NCBI GenBank assembly: GCA_042217545.1
Contig: JBDGSM010000065.1
Coordinates: 1 to 15,254, forward strand
Source of the DNA: Candidatus Nanohalobium sp.
Lineage (GTDB): Archaea > Nanohalarchaeota > Nanosalinia > Nanosalinales > Nanosalinaceae
Direction of reading: 5' to 3'
DNA length: 15,254 nucleotides
Part shown: positions 7,348 to 15,067 of the stretch, piece after piece
How positions within the stretch are numbered: the stretch's first letter is position 1
How the letters are laid out: each line of letters begins with the position of its first letter
Notes under the pieces: generated by a model
Databases searched by the model: none
What the model saw: only the letters and a program-made list of their open reading frames with translations
What the model was told of the DNA's origin: nothing
Translations under genes and position numbers: made by a program

Positions 7348-8226
7348 TCAGAACCGCTTTAACCTGAATCCGTAGAACTGCTCAGGCCTTGACATGTTCC
7401 GGTCGAAACCGCCTAATCTCCTGCCCGGAACCTCCTCACAGAAACGTGGATCGCCCAGCAGGAACGCTTCTCCTGAAAGGCCTTCAACAACTTCTTTTAC
7501 CTGGTCCAGGTGCTGCTGGATCTGCTCCTCTCTCTTTCTCTCGAACCGGCCCTGGGAGAAACCACCTTTCGAATGCTTCTTCTCCACACGTGACTTCAGG
7601 TGCTCAACTTCCTTCACTTCTCCTGAAGACTCCGTGAAAATCTGCGTGTCGCCCGCGGATACCAGGACCCAGAACTTCTCCCTCTCGATAAAATCAAGGA
7701 GTTCAGAGGCCTCGAAGTTTCCGGAGATCTCCAGTTTCTCCGTGAAGAAAGGCCTTGTCTCAAGCATCCAGTTACCCAGATCCTCGTCCATGAAAGCGGC
7801 GAAGCTCTTCCTGGACGAAAGCTGCTGGAAATCTTCCCGGTTCACGGAGTTCTTCAGGTCCTTTCTTCTATCAAAACTTTCGAACTTCCTGGGGCAGTAA
7901 ACAGTTACCAGCTCCTCTTCTTTATCACTGACTGTGGAAAGCTTCTTCAACAGGTTGAAGGCCTTCCGGAAGCCGATTTTCTGCAGTTCCTGCTCTTCCT
8001 GCTCTTCCTCTGTTTTCTTTTCTCCTTTCAGGCCTTCAAGTTTATCTTCAAGCCTGTTAAGCTTCTCCTGAGCTTCCTGTTTTTCACTGGACAGTTTGCT
8101 TCTTCTCTCCTTCTCGGCCTGGTACTGGTTCTCCAGCTTCATTTTTTCCTCCTCCAGTTCCCCGATTTTTTCCCGGAGTCTCTGTATTTCCTTGTCTTTT
8201 TCTTCGGTGTTCCAGGGCAGTTTCAT
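7348..8226 (-). CDS. Archaeal Vms1/ANKZF1-like release factor 1 (VLRF1) protein
   Basis: N-terminal coiled coil and the catalytic-loop motif KHSKGGFSQGRFERKREEQ characteristic of the VLRF1 clade. Confidence 0.82.
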   Translation of the reverse strand: MKLPWNTEEKDKEIQRLREKIGELEEEKMKLENQYQAEKERRSKLSSEKQEAQEKLNRLEDKLEGLKGEKKTEEEQEEQELQKIGFRKAFNLLKKLSTVSDKEEELVTVYCPRKFESFDRRKDLKNSVNREDFQQLSSRKSFAAFMDEDLGNWMLETRPFFTEKLEISGNFEASELLDFIEREKFWVLVSAGDTQIFTESSGEVKEVEHLKSRVEKKHSKGGFSQGRFERKREEQIQQHLDQVKEVVEGLSGEAFLLGDPRFCEEVPGRRLGGFDRNMSRPEQFYGFRLKRF

Positions 8227-8326
8227 ACCGAGAACTTGGCGTTCGATGCTTTAAACTGTTGATCCACAGGACTTCTCGGCGGAAAGCTTTTAAGATTAGC
8301 AAGTTGTGGTTTTCTTAGTGGTATAG

Positions 8327-8635
8327 ATGCCCGAAATGACAGTTGAGGAACTTGACCCAGAGTCTGATGATGTCGAAATCACAGGAACAATCAAGGAGCT
8401 ACCAACTCCACGCGCCGTTTCCACTCGTTACGGCCAGAAAAAGATAGTGACCGCAGTATTCGAGGACGATACAGGAGAAATTGACCTGACACTGTGGGAA
8501 GAAGAGATTGAAGCGATCGAGGAAGGAGCAGAAGTTCACATCACAGGAGCATACGTCAGGGAATGGGCTGACGACATTCAGCTCAACATCGGCAGAGACG
8601 GCAACATAGAGATGGTCGAAGAAGCGGAGGAATAA
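8327..8635 (+). CDS. Single OB-fold ssDNA-binding protein (SSB/RPA-like)
   Basis: DDTGEIDLTLW...GAYVREW...QLNIGRDG OB-fold motifs; 102 aa. TTTTAA lies upstream at about 8288-8293. Confidence 0.85.
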   Translation: MPEMTVEELDPESDDVEITGTIKELPTPRAVSTRYGQKKIVTAVFEDDTGEIDLTLWEEEIEAIEEGAEVHITGAYVREWADDIQLNIGRDGNIEMVEEAEE

Positions 8636-8690
8636 GCTCGCAAAAATTTTCCACTTTTATTTCCATATCTCTATTTTCTATATCTCCATT

Positions 8691-9336
8691 TTATGTATCA
8701 AGGCCTTCAGTATCAAGCCAGTCGTACTGATCAGGATCCTCGAAGGCCTCCTCAATCAACCATTCTGCGTCCCCTTCGTTTACCTCTTCTATAAGGTCCT
8801 GCCGTTCTACAGGAGGATGGGCCCTGTTCTCCTTCTTGGTAAGTAACTATAGATCCGTCCTCAGCACTCAAGACTTCGGTCCACCAGATACTGGGTATCG
8901 TGGAGACCGCCTTCGCAGACTTGTGCTTCGACCCTTTCTCCGCGGTGGTGTCAACTTTGTCGTGGACCTCGTCAGGGACGTAGAAATGCTGGTTTTAATC
9001 CATAGGCTCGCCGTGAGGCGTACTTACTGTCGCTCCATCCGGTAGAACGGACTCCTCCATCAACCGGTAGACACCCCAGGCATCGTCGTCCAAGTAGACG
9101 TCCGTACCATTGTTAAGATCGTACCGGGCGTTAGGCTCGGATCTCTCCGCGAAATCGTCCTTCCCTTCGTCCAGCTTCTGAACAAGGAAAAGGCCTGGAC
9201 CAGTTTCCTTCGTGTACTGTAAAGTAGGATACTCCGAAGTCACGCTCAAAGTTTTCAGCACCTGGTTTACAGTATTCTCGTATGCATTGAACCTCGAACT
9301 ATCTTCGAGATCGACAGCAAGTTCCATATCCTCCAT
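8691..9336 (-). pseudogene. Probable pseudogene of an ~214-aa acidic hypothetical protein (nonsense plus frameshift)
   Basis: The 113-aa ORF stops at TAA 8995-8997, but the frame continues NQHFYVPDEVHDKVDTTAEKG...TYQEGEQG. Removing one base near 8820 joins it to HPPVERQDLIEEVNEGDAEWLIEEAFEDPDQYDWLDTEGLDT* (TAA 8691-8693). The span is 646 bp, i.e. 215 codons plus 1. Confidence 0.6.
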
Positions 9337-9434
9337 CGAACTATAATTGTGACTGAAGAATTATAAAATTCTTTCAGGCCTCTACATATCTCCGTCCGTA
9401 ATTTAAAATTCCAAGACATCTTTTCAGCATAAGG

Positions 9435-10520
9435 ATGGGCATCGAAGACAGGATACAGGAACTGGAAGAGAAACTTGAGAAGACGCCGGTCAACAAGGCG
9501 ACAGAAACAGAGAGAGGCCGTATAAAGAGCCAGATCGCCGACCTGAAAGAGGAGAAACAGAAGAAGCAGAAAGGGACTGGAGAGACCTCAGGCTACGCAG
9601 TAAAGAAGAAAGGCGACAAAACAGTTGCGCTAGTCGGATTCCCATCGGTCGGAAAAAGCACGCTTCTCAACCAGGTGACCAACGCAGAATCGGACACAGG
9701 AGCGTACGAGTTCACAACGCTCGACGTCAACCCGGGCATGCTCAAACACAAAGGCGCGAAGATACAGATACTCGACGTACCAGGCCTTATAGGTGGAGCG
9801 GCAGACGGAAGAGGAGGCGGAACACAGGTACTATCGGTAGTAAGAAACGCAGAATTCGTCGTAATTTTACTGGATTCTGAGGAGATGAGGGAAGACGAGA
9901 TCAAATCCGAATTATACAACGCAGGCATAAGGATTAACACAAAGCCTCCGAACATGAAAGTCGAGAAGAAAGGCAAAGGCGGCATCAACATCTCCACAAC
10001 CGTCGACCTTGACATCGAAGAGGAAACTATCAAGCAGATCATGCACCAGAGAGGCTATAAAAACGCCGAAGTAATCATAAGAGAACAGATGGATCTCGAC
10101 AGATTCATCGACGGTCTCATGGAGAACAGGAAGTATGTGCCGGCCATCACAACGGTCAACAAGTCCGACATGCTGTCAAGAGAAGAAAGAGAGGAGTACG
10201 AAAAAGAATACGAACTTCTGATGTCTGCGGAGACGGGTGAAGGCCTCGATAAACTGAAGGACAAGATCTTCGAAGGCCTCTCCCTAATGAGGATCTACAT
10301 GAAGGAGAAAGGAGAGGATCCGGACAGGGAGGATCCGCTTATCATGACAGAAGGAGCGACTGTAGGCGATGCTCTTGACGAACTTCCAGGCGATATGAGG
10401 GACAGGTTCAAGGACGCGAAAGTGACTGGAGAGAGTTCCAAGTTCCCGGAGCAGAAGGTCGGAACCGACCACGAACTTGCGGACGAAGATGTGCTACAGC
10501 TGAACCTGAGACACGTATGA
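9435..10520 (+). CDS. drg: DRG/Rbg-family (OBG class) ribosome-binding GTPase with TGS domain
   Basis: NKATE N-terminal motif, G1 GFPSVGKST, G2 YEFTT, G3 DVPG, G4 NKSD, and TGS QKVGTDHELADEDV. Confidence 0.93.
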   Translation: MGIEDRIQELEEKLEKTPVNKATETERGRIKSQIADLKEEKQKKQKGTGETSGYAVKKKGDKTVALVGFPSVGKSTLLNQVTNAESDTGAYEFTTLDVNPGMLKHKGAKIQILDVPGLIGGAADGRGGGTQVLSVVRNAEFVVILLDSEEMREDEIKSELYNAGIRINTKPPNMKVEKKGKGGINISTTVDLDIEEETIKQIMHQRGYKNAEVIIREQMDLDRFIDGLMENRKYVPAITTVNKSDMLSREEREEYEKEYELLMSAETGEGLDKLKDKIFEGLSLMRIYMKEKGEDPDREDPLIMTEGATVGDALDELPGDMRDRFKDAKVTGESSKFPEQKVGTDHELADEDVLQLNLRHV

Positions 10521-10617
10521 GAGGAAAAGTTCTCAGAAGGCCTTAAATTAGCTGAAAAACTCTTAGCTCTGGTCTCACCATCACAGTTTATAAAAATTCA
10601 GGCCCTGTTCTAGGTTG

Positions 10618-10734
10618 ATGGCAGCTGATTTCATGGACGACACCGGGCATCAGATCTCGGTGGAGTTTGAAAGTGGAGGCCTTTCAACCAGGCTATTCAC
10701 GTACATCAGACAGAAAGTAACGACAAGTAAGTAA
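10618..10734 (+). CDS. Putative leaderless small protein (38 aa)
   Basis: MAADFMDDTGHQISVEFESGGLSTRLFTYIRQKVTTSK*. TTTATAAA at 10587-10594 sits about 24-31 nt upstream of the ATG, and a T-rich tract follows. Confidence 0.45.
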   Translation: MAADFMDDTGHQISVEFESGGLSTRLFTYIRQKVTTSK

Positions 10735-10769
10735 ACCTGCCGACCCCCATACTTTTCTACTCTTTATTT

Positions 10770-11222
10770 TCAGCCTGAACCCGCATCCTCAACTTGCCGG
10801 ATAAACCTCTCCGCCTCATCGCCAAGATCATCACGACCTATCACCAGCACAACAAGATCCTCGTCTTCAAGGCCTTCTCTTTCTTCCTGAGTCAGGTAAC
10901 GGGCCAGAACATTCGAGTTCCTGGCCTTGCATATCCTGATCTCCATGTTAGGCCTCTCCTCTGAACCGAACTCCAGTTTTACAACGTCTCTCCTCGCCTT
11001 CAAGTGGTGTTTGATAGCCCTTGCTGCCCGTGAATCAAAACTAGGGAACTCGTGGACAGTCCATACATGATCGTCCGGATGCGTCCTCTGTATCTCCACC
11101 TCGTAGAACTCACATCTGTCACCGTACTCGCCGAGACAGAACTCCGTCGCCAGTTCGGATAGCTCTTCAAGGCCTCCGGTGTACACGGTGTAGAAAGCAC
11201 TCTTCTTCGAGGACTGGTTCAT
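10770..11222 (-). CDS. Hypothetical protein (150 aa)
   Basis: Acidic ORF with AT-rich upstream sequence; no family recognised. Confidence 0.65.
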   Translation of the reverse strand: MNQSSKKSAFYTVYTGGLEELSELATEFCLGEYGDRCEFYEVEIQRTHPDDHVWTVHEFPSFDSRAARAIKHHLKARRDVVKLEFGSEERPNMEIRICKARNSNVLARYLTQEEREGLEDEDLVVLVIGRDDLGDEAERFIRQVEDAGSG

Positions 11223-11269
11223 AGAAAGTAATTGGGATATGAGAAAGTAAAAAGATATATGCGCCTGGT

Positions 11270-11647
11270 TTACTCTTCCACGAGTTCGGCGTTGACTACT
11301 CCATCCTGTCCAGGCCTTGAAGTGACTCTCGCCTTACCTTCTGAGGTCTGGATGATCGTTCCCTTCGTCAAAAGTGATCTTCTGACATAGTTGGGATTCG
11401 CAGGATTCTCCTCAACTGATTCGATCTCTGCGTTCTTTACATCTCCATTTACTGAAACGTTAACAGTCTCTGCTCTCTTTACAACTGTTTTCTGATTCCC
11501 GCCCCGGATTCTCCTCTTGATACGTTTGTCTTCACCGACGCTCGGCTCAGAGAACTCGTTACCTTTGTCATGCTTCCTGGACTTCCTGTAACTGCGGGTT
11601 TTACCTCCTGTCTTCTTAGTCTGCGAACGATCTTGCCAAACAGCCAT
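11270..11647 (-). CDS. rps8e: 30S ribosomal protein S8e
   Basis: MAVWQDRSQTKKTGGK...RIRGGNQK...NPANPNYVRRSLLTKGTII...VTSRPGQDGVVNAEL. The true start is ATG 11647, with TTTATAAAA about 25 nt upstream. Confidence 0.96.
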   Translation of the reverse strand: MAVWQDRSQTKKTGGKTRSYRKSRKHDKGNEFSEPSVGEDKRIKRRIRGGNQKTVVKRAETVNVSVNGDVKNAEIESVEENPANPNYVRRSLLTKGTIIQTSEGKARVTSRPGQDGVVNAELVEE

Positions 11648-11667
11648 ACAACTCAAGGCGCGACTAA

Positions 11668-11778
11668 ATTTTATAAAAAGAACATTCTCCCAGGCAGCAG
11701 AAACCCGGTCAAAACACCCCTGCTCAGAGGCCTCGGGTAGGTTTATATAACTTGTCAAGAAGTTCTCGTTTACAGGTG
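11668..11778. promoter_or_regulatory. Divergent promoters for rps8e and the lsm operon
   Basis: TTTTATAAAA at about 11668-11678, TTTATATAA at 11742-11750, and AGGTG RBS at 11774-11778. Confidence 0.55.
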
Positions 11779-11788
11779 CCTAATTTCA

Positions 11789-12034
11789 ATGTCTGACAAC
11801 CACAGTAACAGGAGGCCTTTTGACGTACTCGATGATTCAAAGCAGGGAAACGTTCTAGTAAAGCTGAAGGGATACTCAGGAAAAGATACTACAGTATCCG
11901 GAGAGCTACAGGCGTTCGACAAACACCTTAACATCTGGCTGGACGATGCTTCAGTCAAGACTGAGGATGGACAGACCGACTACGGAAAGCTATTCGTCCG
12001 TGGAGACAACGTCCTCTTCGTCTCACCAGAATAA
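11789..12034 (+). CDS. lsm: Sm-like archaeal protein (Lsm/SmAP1)
   Basis: RRPFDVL...[14 protein letters not shown] (Sm1) and [12 protein letters not shown] (Sm2). It sits directly upstream of rpl37e, the usual euryarchaeal arrangement. Confidence 0.93.
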   Translation: MSDNHSNRRPFDVLDDSKQGNVLVKLKGYSGKDTTVSGELQAFDKHLNIWLDDASVKTEDGQTDYGKLFVRGDNVLFVSPE

Positions 12035-12054
12035 ACTTATCAGGTGAAACTTTC

Positions 12055-12216
12055 ATGGGAATGAACAAAGGAAAACGAAACAAGAAGACGCACGGCAAAT
12101 GCCGCAGATGCGGAGAAAAGGCCTACCATCTACAGAAAGGCCAGTGCGCACACTGCGGATTCGGCAAGACCAAGAAGCGCAACGACTTCAACAAGGTAAA
12201 ACCCCGCAAAGAATAG
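12055..12216 (+). CDS. rpl37e: 50S ribosomal protein L37e (53 aa)
   Basis: [41 protein letters not shown] with a C4 Zn finger and AGGTGA RBS at 12042-12047. It is below the ORF track cut-off. Confidence 0.93.
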   Translation: MGMNKGKRNKKTHGKCRRCGEKAYHLQKGQCAHCGFGKTKKRNDFNKVKPRKE

Positions 12217-12225
12217 AGAAGGAAA

Positions 12226-12444
12226 ATGGAATTCTCCGTCATAATTCTCAGTACAGCAGGAGACTTCATGGTAGAAGACTCCACACAGGTAGAAAGAACT
12301 GACAACGGAGTCAAGGCCTCACAGCCATACATCATCAACGAAGACGAACAGGCACAGGAGATCCAAGCCGAAAAAGTCTTCATCCCGTACGAAGCGATCG
12401 AGAACGTGCAGTACGGTGAATTCGAGCACGAAACAACAGAATAA
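12226..12444 (+). CDS. Small acidic hypothetical protein (72 aa)
   Basis: Begins 9 nt after rpl37e with host-like codons and a beta-rich pattern ending VFIPYEAIENVQY. Confidence 0.7.
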   Translation: MEFSVIILSTAGDFMVEDSTQVERTDNGVKASQPYIINEDEQAQEIQAEKVFIPYEAIENVQYGEFEHETTE

Positions 12445-12602
12445 GGGCTCGTAGCTCAGTCTGGCAGAGCACCGGCCTTTTACCTAAGCTGGAGCCCTCC
12501 AGCTTCTGGGTCATTACGGTTCCATTTCCGCGTCCGCGGAAATCCGCTTGACGGTCTTAGGACGATAGCCGGTAGTCGCGGGTTCAAATCCCGTCGAGCC
12601 CA
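12445..12602 (+). tRNA. tRNA-Lys(UUU) with 84-nt intron (12483-12566) at position 37/38
   Basis: Acceptor GGGCTCG/CGAGCCC-A, D-arm GCTC..GAGC, anticodon stem CCGGC/GCCGG with CT-TTT-A, T-loop TTCAAAT. The BHB is relaxed: CTTT/GACG with one mismatch and a CTAAG/CTTAG closing helix. CCA is not encoded. Confidence 0.92.
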
Positions 12603-12653
12603 TCCACGCCTCACAGCCCTTAAAAACTTTCATGAGGCCTAAAAAATTACCCA

Positions 12654-12788
12654 GGACCGGTAGCTTAGCCAGGTTAGAGCGCCACGCTGATAACCTCATC
12701 TTTCCCACCGGAAAGATGCTCTGATCCGACTTTTCCGTCGGAAAAGTCAGAGACGTGGAGATCCCCAGTTCAAATCTGGGCCGGTCCA
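12654..12788 (+). tRNA. tRNA-Ile(GAU) with 60-nt intron (12693-12752) at position 37/38
   Basis: Acceptor GGACCGG/CCGGTCC-A, anticodon stem CCACG/CGTGG with CT-GAT-A, T-arm CCCAG-TTCAAAT-CTGGG, central helix CTGA/TCAG. TTAAAAA lies about 30 nt upstream. Confidence 0.92.
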
Positions 12789-12792
12789 CTCC

Positions 12793-13479
12793 TCACCTGT
12801 TTCTACATGGCTTCTCTTTCAGGCGTAGTAAGGCCTTTTTCCGGTGTCTTCTGAGATTAGTGAGGGTGTTGCTGAGTTCAGGAGTTTTTCTGTTATCTCT
12901 GGCAAGGCCTTCTCTTTCGTACTGGCTGTCTGCTTTCTGGTACTGTCTTTCAAGGGTTGCCAGTTTTCTATGGTCTTCTGTTCTGAGTTTCTGTCTCATC
13001 TGTTTTGCTTCTTCGAGGCTGTAGTTTACTTTTTCGTTGGAGTAGATGATGTTCTGGTCTTTCCACCAGCTGTGTATGTCTTTTTCGCTGTTTCCTTTCT
13101 GGTTTTCTGCCTGTAGAAGTAGTTTGTTGTCGGCTTCAGGGTTTTCGAAGTTCCAGCGGCAGACAGTTACGTCTTCGAAGTCTATGTTCAGTTCGTAGAG
13201 GCCTTCGGAGACGTTTCTTTCCTCTATGTACCTGTTTACAAGTTTTTCTGCTGATTTCTGTCTTCCTTTCCTGTAGTTTTCTTTTTCCTTCTTCATTGAG
13301 TCGTAGATCTCGGTTAGTTCTCCTATATCCAGGCCTTCCTCTGGCCTGGCGTTTTCTGCGACCATGTAGGTTTCCGCGGTCGTGTACTCTACTGATTTCT
13401 CTTTCCGGTAGTTTCCTTTGAAATTCAGTTTGTCCCCGAACTTGTTTCTGGAGGCTGTTTTAACTCCGGGTTCTAACAT
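12793..13479 (-). CDS. Hypothetical protein (228 aa), possibly the remnant of a longer 5'-degraded gene
   Basis: K/R/E-rich ORF with no recognised family. The frame stays open upstream of the ATG to a TGA at 13591-13593. Confidence 0.55.
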   Translation of the reverse strand: MLEPGVKTASRNKFGDKLNFKGNYRKEKSVEYTTAETYMVAENARPEEGLDIGELTEIYDSMKKEKENYRKGRQKSAEKLVNRYIEERNVSEGLYELNIDFEDVTVCRWNFENPEADNKLLLQAENQKGNSEKDIHSWWKDQNIIYSNEKVNYSLEEAKQMRQKLRTEDHRKLATLERQYQKADSQYEREGLARDNRKTPELSNTLTNLRRHRKKALLRLKEKPCRNR

Positions 13480-13735
13480 GTCTCTCTGTAGAAGAGTGAG
13501 GTCGCTTGTTCCTGCTTCAAGGATCTGGTCTATGAATCCTTTCTCTGTAACGCTTTTGAAAGATTCCAGGACTGCCAGGTAATACTTCTCTCAGGAACTA
13601 TTAAACTGTTGCAGCAGGGCACAGTTGAGGGGTCGAACTCCGTTTCCAGTAAAGCCATACCCTTTATAAGGTCCTTGACGTGTTTCGATCCGAAAGGGTT
13701 TTGTATTAAACTTCTTTTGTTTAATGTTGTGTAAT

Positions 13736-15067
13736 ATGGAAGGGAAGCCAGCAGAGGAAATGGATTTCTCTTTGAGAAGTTTTGCTATTTACGCTGTTAT
13801 CGGTATAGGCCTGATAGGCGTTATCGTTGTTCCGGGCCTTTTCTCGAACGTGTATTTGAGGGCTTTGAATACTGTCTGTCTTGTAGCGCTGGGAGGCCTT
13901 GTAGGGCGTACTCTTCTGGGCGTGTTTTTCTCTTTCAAGGAGGTTGAGAAGCCCGGGGTTCCTGATGAGCTACCTTCTGTCAGTATTCTTGTTCCGGCGT
14001 ACAATGAGGAGGGTGTTCTTGGTGGGACTATCGAGTCATGTGCCGACCTGGATTACCCTGCGGATAAGTACGAGGTCATTGTCTGTTACGAGGATGACTG
14101 TACGGACAGGACTGGTGAGATTGCTGAAGAAGCTGCTGAGAAATATGACTTTGTTAAAGCACTGGAAAGGACTGAGGAAGGCGGTGGAAAGGCCCGTGCT
14201 GTAAATTATGCTCTTGAACGAGCTGATAATGATGTTATAGCTTTGATAGATGCTGACCACCAGTACAAGCGTGACGCGTTGAAGAAGGCGGTAAGATGGT
14301 TCCAGAAGGATGATGTCTGGTGTGTTAAGGGCCGTTGTTACGGCAGGAATCCTGATAGTTCTCTTATTACGCTTCACGCTACTCTTGAACGTCATATCAC
14401 GGAGCGGATCGATATACCGGCTCGTTACGTGATGGGTGGTTACACGTTCTTCGGTGGAGGCCAGGCCTTCTTCAGGAGAGAGGTCTTTGAGGAGATAGGG
14501 CCTTTCTCCGAGAGCACACTGGTTGAAGATATCGATATGTCGACCGAGATCCAGAGGAGAGGTAAGGAGATCGCGATCGACATGGATGTCGTCAGTTTCG
14601 AGGAGAATCCTGGTGACCTGAATGCCTGGTGGCGTCAGAGAAGGCGCTGGAGCCGGGGCTGGATGCAGGTCGCAGAGAAACATCTGAAAGGTTTTTCCTC
14701 GGACAACAAGCTTCCATTGAGGAAGAGAATTGACGGCACCTTCACATTAAGCTATGCGATAATTCCGGCGTTCCTGGTTACTCTGCTACCGCTCACTGCA
14801 CTTACGCTACTGGGATACGATACCAGAACGTTCATACCATACTCGAAGTACCTGTGGACGTTCATTGCCTTTGTACCTGTCACTCTGTCCGCCATAATGT
14901 TTGGCATGGATGTGGGAAAGTACAGGCATCAGCTCAGGGAGTACCTGGCTTCGATAACACTCTGGTTCTACCTGTTCTTCCAGGCGGTAGTCCACATATC
15001 GGCCTTCATAGATGAATTCATCCTGGATAAGAAGAACGTCTTCGTAACAACCACCAGAGCAAGCTGA
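13736..15067 (+). CDS. Processive membrane GT2 glycosyltransferase (cellulose synthase-like, PgaC/IcaA type)
   Basis: ILVPAYNEE, GKARAVN, DAD, VEDID and QRRRW motifs with N- and C-terminal TM helices. ATG 13736 is preferred because TATTAAA lies at 13704-13710. Confidence 0.9.
   Translation: MEGKPAEEMDFSLRSFAIYAVIGIGLIGVIVVPGLFSNVYLRALNTVCLVALGGLVGRTLLGVFFSFKEVEKPGVPDELPSVSILVPAYNEEGVLGGTIESCADLDYPADKYEVIVCYEDDCTDRTGEIAEEAAEKYDFVKALERTEEGGGKARAVNYALERADNDVIALIDADHQYKRDALKKAVRWFQKDDVWCVKGRCYGRNPDSSLITLHATLERHITERIDIPARYVMGGYTFFGGGQAFFRREVFEEIGPFSESTLVEDIDMSTEIQRRGKEIAIDMDVVSFEENPGDLNAWWRQRRRWSRGWMQVAEKHLKGFSSDNKLPLRKRIDGTFTLSYAIIPAFLVTLLPLTALTLLGYDTRTFIPYSKYLWTFIAFVPVTLSAIMFGMDVGKYRHQLREYLASITLWFYLFFQAVVHISAFIDEFILDKKNVFVTTTRAS

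Noticed and set aside
8645..8693. Imperfect TATCTC-ATTTT repeat
   Set aside because: Low-complexity terminator-like tract between convergent genes.
11648..11758. 37-aa N-terminal extension of S8e
   Set aside because: S8e similarity begins at MAVWQ, and the extension crosses the TATA box.
12483..12752. tRNA introns as C/D box guide RNAs
   Set aside because: CTGA is present at 12721, but no RTGATGA C box or K-turn pairing was found.
13629..13641. T-arm-like GGAGTTCGACCCC on the minus strand as a tRNA fragment or att site
   Set aside because: It does not match either tRNA here (both TTCAAAT), has no cloverleaf, and no integrase is present in the window.
246..14995. Many antisense or alternate-frame ORFs (e.g. 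3310-3795, 4586-4960, 7394-7900, 9593-10042, 12099-12302, 12514-12789, 14036-14683)
   Set aside because: They are shadows of well-supported genes or tRNAs, with non-host composition and no motifs.
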